Source: Candidatus Peribacteria bacterium
Lineage (GTDB): Bacteria > Patescibacteriota > Gracilibacteria > Peribacterales > Peribacteraceae
Direction of reading: 5' to 3'
NCBI GenBank assembly: GCA_041691135.1
Contig: JBEPVF010000018.1
Coordinates: 1 to 22,421 of the forward strand
Length of the DNA: 22,421 bases
Positions 1 to 8,121 of the stretch are shown piece by piece (the stretch's first letter is position 1; the number at the start of each line of letters is the position of its first letter). The notes under the pieces are model-generated. The model searched no databases. It saw nothing but the letters and a program-made list of their open reading frames with translations, and had not been told where the DNA came from. Both the position numbers and the translations under genes were made by a program.

Positions 1-64
1 CTGTTCGTGTAGGAGAATATTTCAGACATCGCAGCCGGGGACGGCTGCTGCTACGAGGGATTAA

Positions 65-901
65 TTATGCCTTCTTCTGTCCTCGATACACGAGCGGACA
101 CGTCTCCACCACAATCCGCCACGGATACCACAGGTGCAGATATTCATAGGACAGCGGCAGACAATCCGACCACCGGTGCGTCAGACGAGCTTGGAGAATA
201 CGCAGTGCTCGCAAAGCCATACGCGTCAGCTTGTTCCACACGAGCTTCAGCCAGACGATCCAGCCGTAACCACCAGCAAACCTCGCTTCCAAATCCAGAT
301 AGCGTCGGAACTTTCGCCGCATATCAGCCACCGGCTCCAGCGGCACATATTGAACGCCCGGCAATACCGTCGCGGTCACACCAGACTTTAAATCAGGTCG
401 TTCATGGATAAATTTGACGAAGCCATTGATGGCATCGTTATTCCACAGACGGATCTGCCAGTTGGGATACGTGGATGCATGTTTAATCACATGATCGTTT
501 AGGGTGTAGAGGCGATCGACGTAGAACGCACCCGCTACATTCGCCTTCACTTTCTTCGTCATTTCGTCGACTAACTGCTGGTCGATGTACTCATCGGAAT
601 CAATGATCGTGATCCAAGGATACGTAGCCTCGGCAATTCCCTGATTGGTGATGCCGGCGTAATCGATGATCCGCCCTTCGGCGTTCAAAAACTTCTTATC
701 CTGTAGCACCACACGACAGCCGTATCTCTTGGCCAACTCCAACGTGCCATCCGTCGATCCGCCATCGAGCAGTACATGCTCGGCACAGAAGAGACCTGAT
801 TTGAGGCACTCTTCCAGCGTCGCAACACTGTTTTTGACAAAGGTGAGAGCCGTACAAGACAGATCTCCCCGTTTAACCGGCGTCGTTGGCGTGAGGCGCA
901 T
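65..901 (-). CDS. GT2 glycosyltransferase (WaaE/KdtX-like beta-glycosyltransferase)
   Basis: GT-A motifs 'LLDGGSTDGT', 'IDSDE' (DxD), 'YPNWQIRL', 'IHE'. Start moved to ATG at 901 (MRLTPT), which has TACCAT 6 nt upstream. Confidence 0.85.
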   Translation of the reverse strand: MRLTPTTPVKRGDLSCTALTFVKNSVATLEECLKSGLFCAEHVLLDGGSTDGTLELAKRYGCRVVLQDKKFLNAEGRIIDYAGITNQGIAEATYPWITIIDSDEYIDQQLVDEMTKKVKANVAGAFYVDRLYTLNDHVIKHASTYPNWQIRLWNNDAINGFVKFIHERPDLKSGVTATVLPGVQYVPLEPVADMRRKFRRYLDLEARFAGGYGWIVWLKLVWNKLTRMALRALRILQARLTHRWSDCLPLSYEYLHLWYPWRIVVETCPLVYRGQKKA

Positions 902-907
902 GGAGAT

Positions 908-913
908 ATGGTA
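908..913 (-). promoter_or_regulatory. -10 box TACCAT, 6 nt upstream of ATG (leaderless-type)
   Basis: Minus strand reads ggTACCATatctccATG. The same hexamer and spacing occur before the next gene. Confidence 0.6.
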
Positions 914-920
914 CCGGGAT

Positions 921-1014
921 GAAGCACGAATAACCACGAACCAAGGAAAATTCGAAATCCGAAATCCGAAGCACGAAAAATTAGGTTTTTCGAATTTCGT
1001 GCTTCGTGCTTTTC
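921..1014. repeat. Heptamer (GAAGCAC/GAAATCC) array with inverted arm, family A copy 1
   Basis: aaaattc gaaatcc gaaatcc gaagcac gaaaaa ... ttttc gaatttc gtgcttc gtgcttt; the arms are reverse-complementary. Confidence 0.85.
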
Positions 1015-2001
1015 TCAGCTCCCTTGTCTTATATATTTATCCATTTTTTCAACCAGTCCTTTCAAACTATGTCGTTCTTCGACAACTTTATGAAGCTGAT
1101 CGGCATCGATAGCTTTGAATGACTGGATGAATGTTGCGATCGCCTCCGGTGTGTCTTGCGACGGAGCCATGTGAATCCCAATTGCCTCGGCGTTACGTTT
1201 TGTTGTCATGGGATAGCATCCGCAGGTCATTGCTTCGAGCATGGTTTTGTCGATCGTTTCAGATGCCATATTGAGAATCAGATGATGATGCTGGTAGATG
1301 GCAGGTAATTGTTCCATCGGAATCGTGCCTTTGAACATCACACGATCTTGTAGTTGCAATTCCAAAACCAAGCGTTGCAGCTCAGCTACATAGTCCTGCT
1401 CAGCTGGAATGCCGTACACAACCATCGTGTATTCCTTTGGGAGCAACGTGAGTGCCTGAATACTGAGCTCCAATCGCTTCGACCGGGACAGACGGTGCAC
1501 GATGAGTAGCTCTTGCCGAGCAGCCGCCAGATTCGGCCGCATCGGCCATACAGCCAGATCAATCCCGTGACCAACTACCACTTTCTTCGGCGAGCCTTCG
1601 TACTGCGGCAAGCTCTGCGGCGTCGCGCAGAACAGCCGCTTGGCATACCAACCGGTGACGCGCATCGAAAAACTCTGCTTATAGTGCGTGTACCACAGGT
1701 ACGTCGGGATTCGACGCAGCGCAAACCACCAAAAGCCGAGCAAGCCCCAAATCGGACTCATATGAATGAAGACACGATCGTACGAAAGACTGGTAATGAG
1801 CCGCTCAAACTCCATCATCTGACGAAATTTGCCATAGCCTTTTTCTTTGCCCATCGAATGGATCTTGAACAGCTGCGGCGATACACGGTCTTCCAGACAC
1901 AGCACTGTCACGTCGTATCCCTGACGACGGAATTCATTCACCCACAGAATAGCGAACGCATCTTGCTGGTGAAGCTTCTGCGTAATGAAGAGAAGTCGCA
2001 T
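1015..2001 (-). CDS. GT4 (GT-B) glycosyltransferase
   Basis: N-terminus MRLLFITQK, 'GHGID', 'RLSRSKR', EX7E 'ETIDKTMLE'. The ORF extension to 2130 is translated repeat DNA. Confidence 0.88.
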   Translation of the reverse strand: MRLLFITQKLHQQDAFAILWVNEFRRQGYDVTVLCLEDRVSPQLFKIHSMGKEKGYGKFRQMMEFERLITSLSYDRVFIHMSPIWGLLGFWWFALRRIPTYLWYTHYKQSFSMRVTGWYAKRLFCATPQSLPQYEGSPKKVVVGHGIDLAVWPMRPNLAAARQELLIVHRLSRSKRLELSIQALTLLPKEYTMVVYGIPAEQDYVAELQRLVLELQLQDRVMFKGTIPMEQLPAIYQHHHLILNMASETIDKTMLEAMTCGCYPMTTKRNAEAIGIHMAPSQDTPEAIATFIQSFKAIDADQLHKVVEERHSLKGLVEKMDKYIRQGS

Positions 2002-2007
2002 GAGAAT

Positions 2008-2013
2008 ATGGTA
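2008..2013 (-). promoter_or_regulatory. -10 box TACCAT, 6 nt upstream of ATG (leaderless-type)
   Basis: Minus strand reads cgTACCATattctcATG. Confidence 0.6.
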
Positions 2014-2020
2014 CGGGGAG

Positions 2021-2121
2021 AAGAATAAAGAACCAAGAACCAGGGGAAAATCCGAAATTCGAAGCACGAAATACGAAAAGAAGGTGTTTTTTCGAATTTC
2101 GATATTCGTGCTTCGTGCTTT
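2021..2121. repeat. Heptamer array with inverted arm, family A copy 2
   Basis: aagaata aagaacc aagaacc ... aaaatcc gaaattc gaagcac gaaatac gaaaa ... ttc gaatttc gatattc gtgcttc gtgcttt. Confidence 0.85.
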
Positions 2122-3217
2122 ATTTATCAATCAGACCCTTCAGGAACTCAGCATACCCCTTCACCAGCTTCTTCCGCTCAAACGTCTCGGCGATCTTCCT
2201 CGCTTCCTTCCCCATCCGCACCCGCTCTGCATCAGCCGAAAGTACACGGCAGAGTACTGACTTCAAATCATCCTTTGGGCCAATGAGTATCCCGTTCTCA
2301 CCGGAACGGACCACATCCGGCATCACGCCAACACGCGTCGCAACCACCGGTAAACCCAACGCCATCGCCTCAAGCGCCACACGCGGCCCGCCTTCGCTGT
2401 GCGAGTTCATGACGAACACATGAGCCGTCTGTAACGCCCGAATCACATCCGCCTGCGTCGGCAGCCAGCCGGTAAAAGTGACACGATCCTGCATGGCCGA
2501 TTTTTTCACGAATGATTCAGCTCGCAATCGCTCGGGGCCATCGCCGATCACGAGCAGCGACATGCCGGGAAGCGCGGCAACGGCTGCCAGTAACTCATGC
2601 AAACCTTTGTTGGCTACCAAACGTGCGCAGAAGACAAGATCGTAGGTTTTCTCGACTGTCGCATCCGACTGCAATGCTTCGGTATCCAAGTAGAAAGACG
2701 GGACAACGGCAATCTTCTGATCAGGAACTCCCCAGCTACTCAGCACCTGCTTCACTTCGCCATTCACTGTCCGCACCGCCTTTGCCGCGCGTACATCGTG
2801 TCGCAGATAGAACCGCGACAAGAAATATCCCACGCGTTCATGCCAGGAGCTCGCAACGGGATAGCCCACAATATGATGAATTTCGACCGCATACGGCGTC
2901 CCAGTAGCCTTCGCCAATCGCACCGCACCCATCCCGTTATAGTACGGCGGATATTCATGAACCGTCATCACATCGTGATGGTATTGATTGATCAGCTCTT
3001 TCCCTTTTTGATTGATCCAGGCCGATTGATGCAGAAGGCTCCAGGGCGAGGGATGGAAATGAACATTTCCAAATAAGACAATATTTTGGCCGGTCGATGT
3101 GGGACAAATGACATCAATGCGATCCCAATGCTTCGAGAATTCCTCCAGCGTATACCAAAAAGCCCCCTTCTTGCCCTGCACCGTCAGGCGGTCGCCGGAG
3201 ATCATCAGCAGTTTCAT
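2120..3217 (-). CDS. GT4 glycosyltransferase
   Basis: MKLLMISGD, 'ARLVANKGL', 'IGDGPER', EX7E 'EGGPRVALE', 'AMALGLPVVATRVG'. Confidence 0.92.
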   Translation of the reverse strand: MKLLMISGDRLTVQGKKGAFWYTLEEFSKHWDRIDVICPTSTGQNIVLFGNVHFHPSPWSLLHQSAWINQKGKELINQYHHDVMTVHEYPPYYNGMGAVRLAKATGTPYAVEIHHIVGYPVASSWHERVGYFLSRFYLRHDVRAAKAVRTVNGEVKQVLSSWGVPDQKIAVVPSFYLDTEALQSDATVEKTYDLVFCARLVANKGLHELLAAVAALPGMSLLVIGDGPERLRAESFVKKSAMQDRVTFTGWLPTQADVIRALQTAHVFVMNSHSEGGPRVALEAMALGLPVVATRVGVMPDVVRSGENGILIGPKDDLKSVLCRVLSADAERVRMGKEARKIAETFERKKLVKGYAEFLKGLIDK

Positions 3218-3253
3218 GAGGAATGCAGAATGACAGAAATACTTTTTGAAGTA

Positions 3254-3274
3254 TCAATTCTCAATTTTCAATTC
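3254..3274. repeat. Three tandem heptamers TCAATT(C/T) spanning the GT4 stop codon
   Basis: tcaattc tcaattt tcaattc. Confidence 0.65.
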
Positions 3275-4475
3275 GTTTTGCGTCCGGGGATGTGGCGGGC
3301 AGAATTTTTTCGAATAAATGAACGAATTCCTCGGCCACATGCTCCCACGTGCGTTCCGGAATCGGTTGCATGGCCTCGGTCGCAATCTCACCGTAGCGCT
3401 GCTCCACTTCCAATACCGCCTTGGCGATCTCTTCGGATGTGCGGAGCGGTCGCACCACCATTCCCTGGGTCAATGCATCACTCAGACCGGTTTCCTCGCT
3501 CAGCAGTACCGGCATGCCGTTCGCACGGCCCTCAAGCGCACTGTTGGGACTGATCTCGGTAAGCGACGGCAGAATGAGCAAATCGTGGTCGGCAAACACC
3601 GCTTTCTTCTCCGACTGGCTGCGCGGCGCCGAAAAATTCACGCGCTCGATAATGCCCAGCTTCTGCACAATTGCTTTAAGCATCTTGGTTTGCGGACCTT
3701 CTCCCACGAAGGTGAGAGTGACATGAGGCAACTTCGCGACTGCCTCCAGCAGCGCCTTCAGGTTTTTGAATCCGACGAAGCGGCCGAAGTACAACAGTCG
3801 CAGCCGGCGGCCACGCAATTCCTCCGATCGCATGTAGTGCACCGATTGCGAGAGCGTCACTTTTTCGGGAAACGCATTCTCGATCACCGAATGATCGGGC
3901 AACACCGGATAGTACAGCCGGTAAATCTCCTCCTGGAACTGCGTCGAGAAGACAATGTGATGGAAGGTGGGTAGAATCGGCTTCATGAAATGCGTGTTGA
4001 GCCGACGGGTAAGCGTATAGGCCGCCTCGTCGGTGATCACATGGCGCTGACGGTAGGGGCGCAGTTTGTACCACTCGCGCAACGTGCGCAGTCCGCCCAT
4101 CGCCGTGTACCGTTCCCAAAAATAATCGCCGCCGAGGCGCAGAATACGCACAGGCTTGCTTAATTTGGCCATTTTTAACGGCATGCCGACGCTGATCGAC
4201 GAAAATGCAATCACCACATCACTTTGTGCCGCATGATCCCGCAGTGCTTTGGCATACCGGCGCCAGCGCACAATCGGCCCGCCGCTCTTTGATACGCGTA
4301 CAACCGTTTTGCCGCCCTCCTGCGACACACTGATGCCTTTTTCCTCCTTGGCATACGTAATCACCGTAATATTGTCTGCCCCGCGTCGGATAAACTCTTT
4401 GGCCAAATGCTCCACATACGTGGCCGGGCCTCCCACATCAGGCGGAAAAATACCGGTGGCGAGCACAAGTTGCAT
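3261..4475 (-). CDS. GT4 glycosyltransferase
   Basis: 'ATGIFPPDVGGPATY', 'FGRFVGFKNL', 'VGEGP', EX7E 'EISPNSALE'. Confidence 0.92.
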   Translation of the reverse strand: MQLVLATGIFPPDVGGPATYVEHLAKEFIRRGADNITVITYAKEEKGISVSQEGGKTVVRVSKSGGPIVRWRRYAKALRDHAAQSDVVIAFSSISVGMPLKMAKLSKPVRILRLGGDYFWERYTAMGGLRTLREWYKLRPYRQRHVITDEAAYTLTRRLNTHFMKPILPTFHHIVFSTQFQEEIYRLYYPVLPDHSVIENAFPEKVTLSQSVHYMRSEELRGRRLRLLYFGRFVGFKNLKALLEAVAKLPHVTLTFVGEGPQTKMLKAIVQKLGIIERVNFSAPRSQSEKKAVFADHDLLILPSLTEISPNSALEGRANGMPVLLSEETGLSDALTQGMVVRPLRTSEEIAKAVLEVEQRYGEIATEAMQPIPERTWEHVAEEFVHLFEKILPATSPDAKRIEN

Positions 4476-4481
4476 GGGGAG

Positions 4482-4487
4482 ATCATA
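4482..4487 (-). promoter_or_regulatory. -10 box TATGAT, 6 nt upstream of ATG (leaderless-type)
   Basis: Minus strand reads gcTATGATctccccATG. Confidence 0.6.
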
Positions 4488-4527
4488 GCGTTAGCGAGCC
4501 ACGGAAGCGATGGAAGACGATAGTATA

Positions 4528-4556
4528 TTGACATATTTTATAAAGTATTTTAATTA
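4528..4556 (+). promoter_or_regulatory. Putative sigma70 promoter for the orphan gene
   Basis: Perfect TTGACA at 4528-4533, 17-nt AT-rich spacer, imperfect TAATTA at 4551-4556, ATG at 4564. Confidence 0.45.
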
Positions 4557-4563
4557 TATCAGT

Positions 4564-5082
4564 ATGGATATGTACGACGATCTGTTTGAACTGGCATTGA
4601 ACATAAAGATTGAGAAAGAAACGCTTACGGAAGAAATCCAAAGCTATATTCACGAAATGTGCACTGCACTACGACAGTTACTGGAACAGCCAGAGAACGA
4701 TTGGGAAGACGACGAGCAGACAAGTGCTGATCCCATTATTTTAAGTGAAATAGAACGAGTACGTGAGAGAGCGACCGCTGCATTTGATGGTATCCCATTC
4801 CTGTTTCTGGAGGCTGACGAATTAACCCTCAAAGATCTGAACCAATGGCGAACGATACGGCAAATACGACGTCACTTCGGTGACAAGAACCGTACCGAAA
4901 AACAAGCGGCTATCGAAAGTGTGAAAAATACGTTCCGCGTGCTCTCTCAATTTTCCGTGCAACAAGCAGCATACATTGATGGAACAAGCGGCTCCGAATA
5001 TAAGAGCCTGCGCAGGCGCACGATGCAACAAGTCTATAATTATCTTATAGACACCAATCTGAGGCGCAAAAAGAAATCGTAA
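4564..5082 (+). CDS. Hypothetical protein (AT-richer orphan; acidic N-terminal half, basic C-terminus)
   Basis: Only long ORF filling the gap between GT4 and rmlB. No recognisable motif. Start could be 4510, 4564 or 4570. Confidence 0.7.
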   Translation: MDMYDDLFELALNIKIEKETLTEEIQSYIHEMCTALRQLLEQPENDWEDDEQTSADPIILSEIERVRERATAAFDGIPFLFLEADELTLKDLNQWRTIRQIRRHFGDKNRTEKQAAIESVKNTFRVLSQFSVQQAAYIDGTSGSEYKSLRRRTMQQVYNYLIDTNLRRKKKS

Positions 5083-6027
5083 TTACGAAGCACGAGAACG
5101 GTACCACTCCACCGTCTTCTGGATTCCCTCCTCAAAACTGACCTTGGGCGCCCAGCCCAGTGCCCGTGTATCCGATGAATCAACCGCATACCGCCAGTCA
5201 TGTCCCGGACGATCGGCAACGAATTGAAGGAGACTCTCGGGTTTGCCGAGGATTTTCAAAACAGTCTTTGCCACATCGATATTCTGTCGCTCTTCGTTGG
5301 CCGAAATGTTGAACAAATGCGTATCGGCCCAATCGGTCTGTAAAATTTTCTCAATCGCATCACAGTGATCGGCAACGTACAGCCAATCGCGCTTATTCTT
5401 GCCTTCGCCGTAGATTGGAATCGGTTTGCCGGCCAACGCGTTGCGGATGACGGTGGGCAGGAATTTTTCGGCTGCCTGATGCGGACCGTAGTTGTTGGTG
5501 CATCGACTGATGCGCACGCGAATGCCATAAGTGCGCGCGGCAGCGAGGAGAAGCAAGTCGGCCGATGCCTTTGTCGCCGCGTACGGCGAACTCGGCCACA
5601 GCGGATCTTCCACTTTCCGTGGCCGCTCGCCCTCCAACTGATCACCGTACACTTCGTCACTCGAGACATGATACAGAAGCACTGTCGGATTTTTGCGGCA
5701 CACCTCGATCAGACTTTGCACGCCGATGATGTTGCTATGAATGAACGGCACGCTGCTCTCGATGCTCCGATCGACATGCGTTTCGGCCGCGAAGTTTACA
5801 ATCGTCTCGATGCCGTAGGTCTGCACCAGCTTGCTCACCAATTCCAGATCGGCAATATCGCCCTCGATAAAGCGAATGCGCTTGATCACCGGCTCGAGGA
5901 ATTTCTTGTCCGCCCCATGGCTCATCGTATCTAGCACCACGATCGTGTCGTCGGGATGGCTGTCGATATGCCGCAGAACGAAATGCGAGCCGATGAAGCC
6001 GGCAGCGCCGGTAACGAGAAAATTCAT
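5083..6027 (-). CDS. rfbB: dTDP-glucose 4,6-dehydratase
   Basis: 'MNFLVTGAAGFIG' Rossmann motif, 'FAAETHVDRS', 'SSDEVYG', 'PSSPYAATK' (YxxxK), 'NNYGP', 'DRPGHD.RY'. Confidence 0.95.
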   Translation of the reverse strand: MNFLVTGAAGFIGSHFVLRHIDSHPDDTIVVLDTMSHGADKKFLEPVIKRIRFIEGDIADLELVSKLVQTYGIETIVNFAAETHVDRSIESSVPFIHSNIIGVQSLIEVCRKNPTVLLYHVSSDEVYGDQLEGERPRKVEDPLWPSSPYAATKASADLLLLAAARTYGIRVRISRCTNNYGPHQAAEKFLPTVIRNALAGKPIPIYGEGKNKRDWLYVADHCDAIEKILQTDWADTHLFNISANEERQNIDVAKTVLKILGKPESLLQFVADRPGHDWRYAVDSSDTRALGWAPKVSFEEGIQKTVEWYRSRAS

Positions 6028-6043
6028 ACGTATGAAAGAAACA

Positions 6044-6179
6044 GAAGTGACCGAAGTGACAAAGCTGACAAAAGAAGAGAGGCTACGGATAGAATACTGA
6101 TGTACCGAGCTGGAAGAAAGCATGCTACGGTACCACCCATTCCTCTGCCACCTCGGTCACCTTTGTCACTTCGGTCACC
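6044..6179. repeat. 9-mer arrays in inverted orientation flanking the rmlB/rmlA divergent promoter region
   Basis: Left gaagtgacc gaagtgaca aagctgaca (6044-6070); right cctcggtca cctttgtca cttcggtca c (6151-6178). The arms share the 16-bp inverted repeat gtgaccgaagtgacaa / ttgtcacttcggtcac. Confidence 0.85.
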
Positions 6180-6185
6180 CTTCCC

Positions 6186-6920
6186 ATGAAAGGAGTCCTC
6201 ATCTGCGGCGGCACCGGTTCACGTCTCCGTCCTCTGACGGAGATCACCAATAAGAGCCTGTTGCCCGTATACGACAAACCGCTGGTTCTGTACCCGTTAC
6301 AGATTCTGCTGGATGCCGGCATTCGCGATATTGCAGTGATCACCGGACCCGAACACATGGATCAGATGGCCGCCTTCCTCGGCTCCGGCAGCCGTTTCGG
6401 CTGTACATTCGCCTTCATGGTCCAGGAAAAGCCGCTCGGCATCGCGCAGGCGCTCAGTTTGGCCAAGGAATTCGTGGCCGGCGAACCGGTATGCGCGATT
6501 CTCGGCGATAACGTCTTCTTCGATGATCTCACCTCTATCATCAAAGACTTTCGAACCGGTGCGCATGTGTTTGTAAAAGAAGTGCACGACCCCGAACGAT
6601 TCGGCGTGGCCGAAGTTGTAGCCAGTGGCCAGAAGTCAGCGGGCACTGTCAGTGTTGTATCCATTGAAGAAAAACCCGCTCATCCCAAAAGCAACTTCGC
6701 CATCACCGGTTGTTATCTGTACGACGAGCAATGTTTCGACCTGATCCAAACTTTGTCTCCGTCAGCCCGGGGAGAATTGGAAATCACTGATTTAGACGCA
6801 TTGTATTTGGCAAAGAACACGCTGTGCGCCACGATCCTGGAAAAGGAATGGGTGGACGCCGGAACATTCGAAAGTCTCTTCCGGGCCGCACAACTGGTCC
6901 GTCAGAGTAAAAATCTGTGA
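6186..6920 (+). CDS. rfbA: Glucose-1-phosphate thymidylyltransferase (short form)
   Basis: 'GGTGSRLRPLT', 'NKSLLPVYDKP', 'LGDN', 'PERFGVAE', 'EEKP..PKSN', 'SARGELEITD', 'W.DAGT'. Confidence 0.93.
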   Translation: MKGVLICGGTGSRLRPLTEITNKSLLPVYDKPLVLYPLQILLDAGIRDIAVITGPEHMDQMAAFLGSGSRFGCTFAFMVQEKPLGIAQALSLAKEFVAGEPVCAILGDNVFFDDLTSIIKDFRTGAHVFVKEVHDPERFGVAEVVASGQKSAGTVSVVSIEEKPAHPKSNFAITGCYLYDEQCFDLIQTLSPSARGELEITDLDALYLAKNTLCATILEKEWVDAGTFESLFRAAQLVRQSKNL

Positions 6921-6923
6921 CCT

Positions 6924-8015
6924 TTAGCGTACCGCTCCGCTTCGCGAAAGCATCGCTTGATACACTTCTGCGTACTGCGTGGCAATCACTGCCCAGTCAT
7001 ATCGTTCGGCATGGGGAATGGCCCGTGTCGTCAGGCGCATACGTGCTTCAGGCGCCTGGAGCAATTGAGAGATGAGCATCCCCGCCGCCTGCGGATCATC
7101 GGGCTGCAAGAGCATCCCCGTTACTTCTTCGTGCACGATATCGGGAATGCCGCCCACGCGCGTGGCAATGACCGCGCAACCGGCAGCCTGTGCCTCCAGA
7201 AACACATTGCCCAGCGCCTCGCTACGCGACAGGCCGGCGAATACTTCCGCCTCGGCATACTCGTGATACAGGCGCCATCCCGACAAGTAGCCCTGGAAGC
7301 GCACGCGATCGTGTAGACCGAGCGACCGGCACATCGCTTCGAGATGCGCACGTTCGGATCCATCGCCGACGATATGGAGTGTTGCATGCGGAATACGGCG
7401 CGCCACCAGCGCGAATGCATCAAGCAGCGTATCGACACCTTTCATCGGCTCCAGGCGACCGACATACAGAACACGGCCATGCATTTTGTGCGCCCGTGCA
7501 CAGGCCGCCTGCAGTTCGTGCAAGGGAATGCCGTTCGGAATAAGCGTGACCCGCGGAAAACCCAGCACGCGAGCGCGCTCGATCAGAGCTGTGCTGATAC
7601 CCGTGATGCGATCCGCAGCGCGATGAATCTGCCTGAGGAACAAACGCGTATTCGTACTTTGCAACGTAAGAATCCGGCGCATGTCCGGACACAGCCAGCT
7701 CACAAAGACGAGCGCCAATCCGGCATATGATTCGAGCACAGCGTGCACGATGGTGGGACGCAGCTTCTTGATCGCCAGCGGCGCCAGAAAAGGGAACAAC
7801 CATTTATCGAGCGGCCAGCCCATGCCAACCCGCAACACCGTCACTCCGGATTCCAGCGTATCGTGTTTCGGCAATGATCCCTGCAGACGCGCAGTGACAA
7901 TGATAAATTCATACAAATCCGACAGCGCTGCCGGCACTTCTTCGGCGCACGCTTCGGCCCCACTGCGAAACGGCGTCAGAAAAGCCGATACGATTACAAT
8001 GCGTGGACGAGACAT
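6924..8015 (-). CDS. GT4 glycosyltransferase
   Basis: 'SGAE', 'IPNGI', 'VGRLEPMKGVD', EX7E 'EALGNVFLE', 'ATRVGGIPDIV'. Confidence 0.93.
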   Translation of the reverse strand: MSRPRIVIVSAFLTPFRSGAEACAEEVPAALSDLYEFIIVTARLQGSLPKHDTLESGVTVLRVGMGWPLDKWLFPFLAPLAIKKLRPTIVHAVLESYAGLALVFVSWLCPDMRRILTLQSTNTRLFLRQIHRAADRITGISTALIERARVLGFPRVTLIPNGIPLHELQAACARAHKMHGRVLYVGRLEPMKGVDTLLDAFALVARRIPHATLHIVGDGSERAHLEAMCRSLGLHDRVRFQGYLSGWRLYHEYAEAEVFAGLSRSEALGNVFLEAQAAGCAVIATRVGGIPDIVHEEVTGMLLQPDDPQAAGMLISQLLQAPEARMRLTTRAIPHAERYDWAVIATQYAEVYQAMLSRSGAVR

Positions 8016-8020
8016 GGGAG

Positions 8021-8121
8021 AATAGACGGTTGGCGATTGACAATAGAAAATGAAGGAAGCTCTTCAACATAGGACCTTCCGCCGCCATTGTACATCGGAC
8101 ATTGTACATTTTACATTACAT
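8021..8121. repeat. Degenerate heptamer arrays at the GT4/GT4 junction
   Basis: aatagac ggttggc gattgac aatagaa aatgaag ... cattgta catcgga cattgta catttta catta. Confidence 0.7.

Noticed and set aside
921-2121. CRISPR array suggested by recurring gaagcacgaa units
   Set aside because: Units are degenerate tandem 7-mers without unique 25-45 nt spacers, and no cas genes are present.
2002-2130. N-terminal extensions in the ORF track (also 902-937, 6028-6123, 9695-9823, 13400-13486)
   Set aside because: They translate repeat or promoter DNA; family homology begins at the downstream starts.
4484-4512. Possible heptamer array (tagcgt tagcga...aagcga)
   Set aside because: Too short and degenerate to separate from chance.
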